NCBI GenBank assembly: GCA_965116925.1
Contig: OZ220744.1
Coordinates: 1,344,001-1,408,000, forward strand
From: Candidatus Poribacteria bacterium
GTDB taxonomy: Bacteria; Poribacteria; WGA-4E; PCPOR2b
Direction: 5' to 3'
DNA: 64,000 bases
The first letter of the stretch is position 1; every line of letters starts with the position of its first letter. Positions 62,435-64,000 of this stretch are shown in pieces. Both the position numbers and the translations under genes were made by a program. The notes under the pieces were generated by a model. It saw only the letters and a list, made by a program, of their open reading frames with translations, ran no database searches and was not told the DNA's origin.

Positions 62435-62629
62435 ATGATTAAAGATTCCCTCATCGTTGAAGATATTCGTCGCGTCCGCCGCGCGATTTCAGAACGATTT
62501 GCCCATGATGTGAATGGATATATTGACTACCTTCAAAAAAAACGAGAGTCATCAGATCACGCGGATATCGTGGTCCCCCCTTCAGAACCGCCGCCAAATA
62601 CAGAAAAAGCCACGCCCCACAAGGTTTAG
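62435..62629 (+). CDS. Small hypothetical protein (antitoxin-like D.IVE.IR..R pattern)
   Basis: AGGAG RBS; DSLIVEDIRRVRRAISERFAHDV..Y..YLQ. Confidence 0.5.
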   Translation: MIKDSLIVEDIRRVRRAISERFAHDVNGYIDYLQKKRESSDHADIVVPPSEPPPNTEKATPHKV

Positions 62630-63891
62630 CTTATGGGTGTTAAATTCGTCGCAACATCTGTCTGGTACGCCTTGAAAGCAGGCACAATGCCAGCGATCAC
62701 CCCCAGAAGTATGACGCAGACTGGCACGACTACGAACGCGAGATGAAATTTCAACAGGTCTAAAACGATACCCGTCTGAGCGCGAACAATTGCTGATGCT
62801 GAGGTAAAAATCGCACCGTAGACTATAAATCCTATGATGACCCCTAATGCTGCGATCGATGCCGCTTCTAACACAATTACCGTAAACACCGTTTTACGAC
62901 GTGCGCCGATCGATCGCAAAATAGCGAACTCGCGCCGCCGTTCGTTGATGGAGTTATAGATGCTTGCGAGAATTGAACCCGCTGCAACAAGGACAACAAG
63001 ATAAGAAACGAGTGCCAGAATCTGATTCATCCAACCGATTTTGTTAAACAGATTAGCCATCACTGCCCCGATGGGCCATGCCAACGTTGCCACCTTCCCC
63101 TGTTTGTTGATCATGGCATCCATCATGAAACCGATCTGTGGATTCCGAAACTTCAGCATGACTGCGCTGACCTCTTTGTGTGCGTCGGGGATCTCTTGAC
63201 CGGGTTGGGCAACATATTCCTCACCACTTCCGCGCAACACATGGCCCTCCAGCCGATAAACTCCCTCGATCGGAATCCAGATGACACGGTCGGAGGGTGA
63301 ATTAGTCGCTTCGAGCACACCAACAACAACATATTGTTCATCATGCCGCATTGATTCATCAAACACCAAGCCGTGATACGGGTTAAACGTATCCCCTACC
63401 GTTAAGCCCAACTTCTGTGCGGCATAACTGCCAATGACTGCTTCCTGATTATTGGGATCGAAAAAACGTCCGTTCCCGCGTATCCGAAACCGAACCCCTT
63501 TGCGGTATTCAAACTCCGTAAACAACGCCGTTGTCGTGCCGACGATACGGAAACCGTAATAATTGTCTCCAAGCGCGTAGGGAATAGCGAGTTCGACACG
63601 CGGATCATTTTTCACCGCTTGATACATCGTCCACGGGATATTCCCCGGTGAGGTTTCGAGATGAAATACGGTGTTCAACACCAATTGTAACGGACTGCCA
63701 CGTGCTCCCAAGACCGCATCAAAGCCAATCGGACCTCCCGTGAATGCTGAAACGGATTGTGATCTGATGGCGATAACCGCCATGACAAGTCCCGTACCAA
63801 GCGCGATTGACAATGTGGTAATGAGGGTCGAAAGCGCGTGTTGTCGAAGACTGCGTTGAACGATGAAAAACAACCCGATCCGTTTTTTCAT
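62626..63891 (-). CDS. MacB/FtsX-like ABC permease (ZrgC-like)
   Basis: GARGSPLQLVLN.VFH, IP.ALGD.Y.GFRIVGT, F.P.HG, ERRREFAILRSIGA. Confidence 0.88.
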   Translation of the reverse strand: MKKRIGLFFIVQRSLRQHALSTLITTLSIALGTGLVMAVIAIRSQSVSAFTGGPIGFDAVLGARGSPLQLVLNTVFHLETSPGNIPWTMYQAVKNDPRVELAIPYALGDNYYGFRIVGTTTALFTEFEYRKGVRFRIRGNGRFFDPNNQEAVIGSYAAQKLGLTVGDTFNPYHGLVFDESMRHDEQYVVVGVLEATNSPSDRVIWIPIEGVYRLEGHVLRGSGEEYVAQPGQEIPDAHKEVSAVMLKFRNPQIGFMMDAMINKQGKVATLAWPIGAVMANLFNKIGWMNQILALVSYLVVLVAAGSILASIYNSINERRREFAILRSIGARRKTVFTVIVLEAASIAALGVIIGFIVYGAIFTSASAIVRAQTGIVLDLLKFHLAFVVVPVCVILLGVIAGIVPAFKAYQTDVATNLTPIS

Positions 63892-63892
63892 T

Positions 63893-63936
63893 GGCTCATG
63901 TTAAGGGTCCACGGTAGGCGGGGCATCTTGCCCCGC
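63893..63936. mobile_element. One end of a GGCTCATGT-type MITE plus GTAG hairpin (same family as 9863-9960)
   Basis: ggctcatgttaa followed by gtaggcggggcatcttgccccgc; the other end was not seen in the window. Confidence 0.5.
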
Positions 63937-64000
63937 TTTTCCTTATCAACTTTCTCTTATACACAATTCACTTGTGCGAAATCCTTTGCATCTTCAAATT

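Overview
Gene-dense bacterial chromosome segment with about 55 CDS and no rRNA, tRNA, CRISPR array or intact transposase. The gene mix (four PhyH-family dioxygenases, Uma2 and DUF4058 solo nucleases, a DUF6785-type membrane protein, a PQQ-like propeller, dockerin-type DVNxxGxVNILDLV remnants, serpins) suggests Candidatus Poribacteria or a similar sponge-associated lineage; this is an inference. Housekeeping genes: htpX (partial), proS, pgk, sucC, acs, sbcCD, murB, speD. Most notable: (1) a putative metal-uptake locus at 56.6-63.9 kb, with a TonB receptor preceded by a His-rich CxxC/RAPP leader (DUF2946/CruR-like) plus a zrg-like permease, a DUF3299 protein and a YceI-DUF3299 fusion; (2) a GlmU-like nucleotidyltransferase fused to a DUF89/ARMT1 phosphatase; (3) a PhyH paralog with HxG instead of HxD, a halogenase-like signature; (4) a two-domain orphan DNA methyltransferase; (5) tandem lipoprotein serpins with divergent reactive loops; (6) a small island carrying an ART-like/DUF6575 pair and a DUF433/DUF5615 TA pair, the latter between two dockerin remnants, lying between polyamine genes; (7) three unrelated MITE shells that each carry a central GTAG REP-like hairpin. 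All family assignments come from motif recognition by eye, not database searches.
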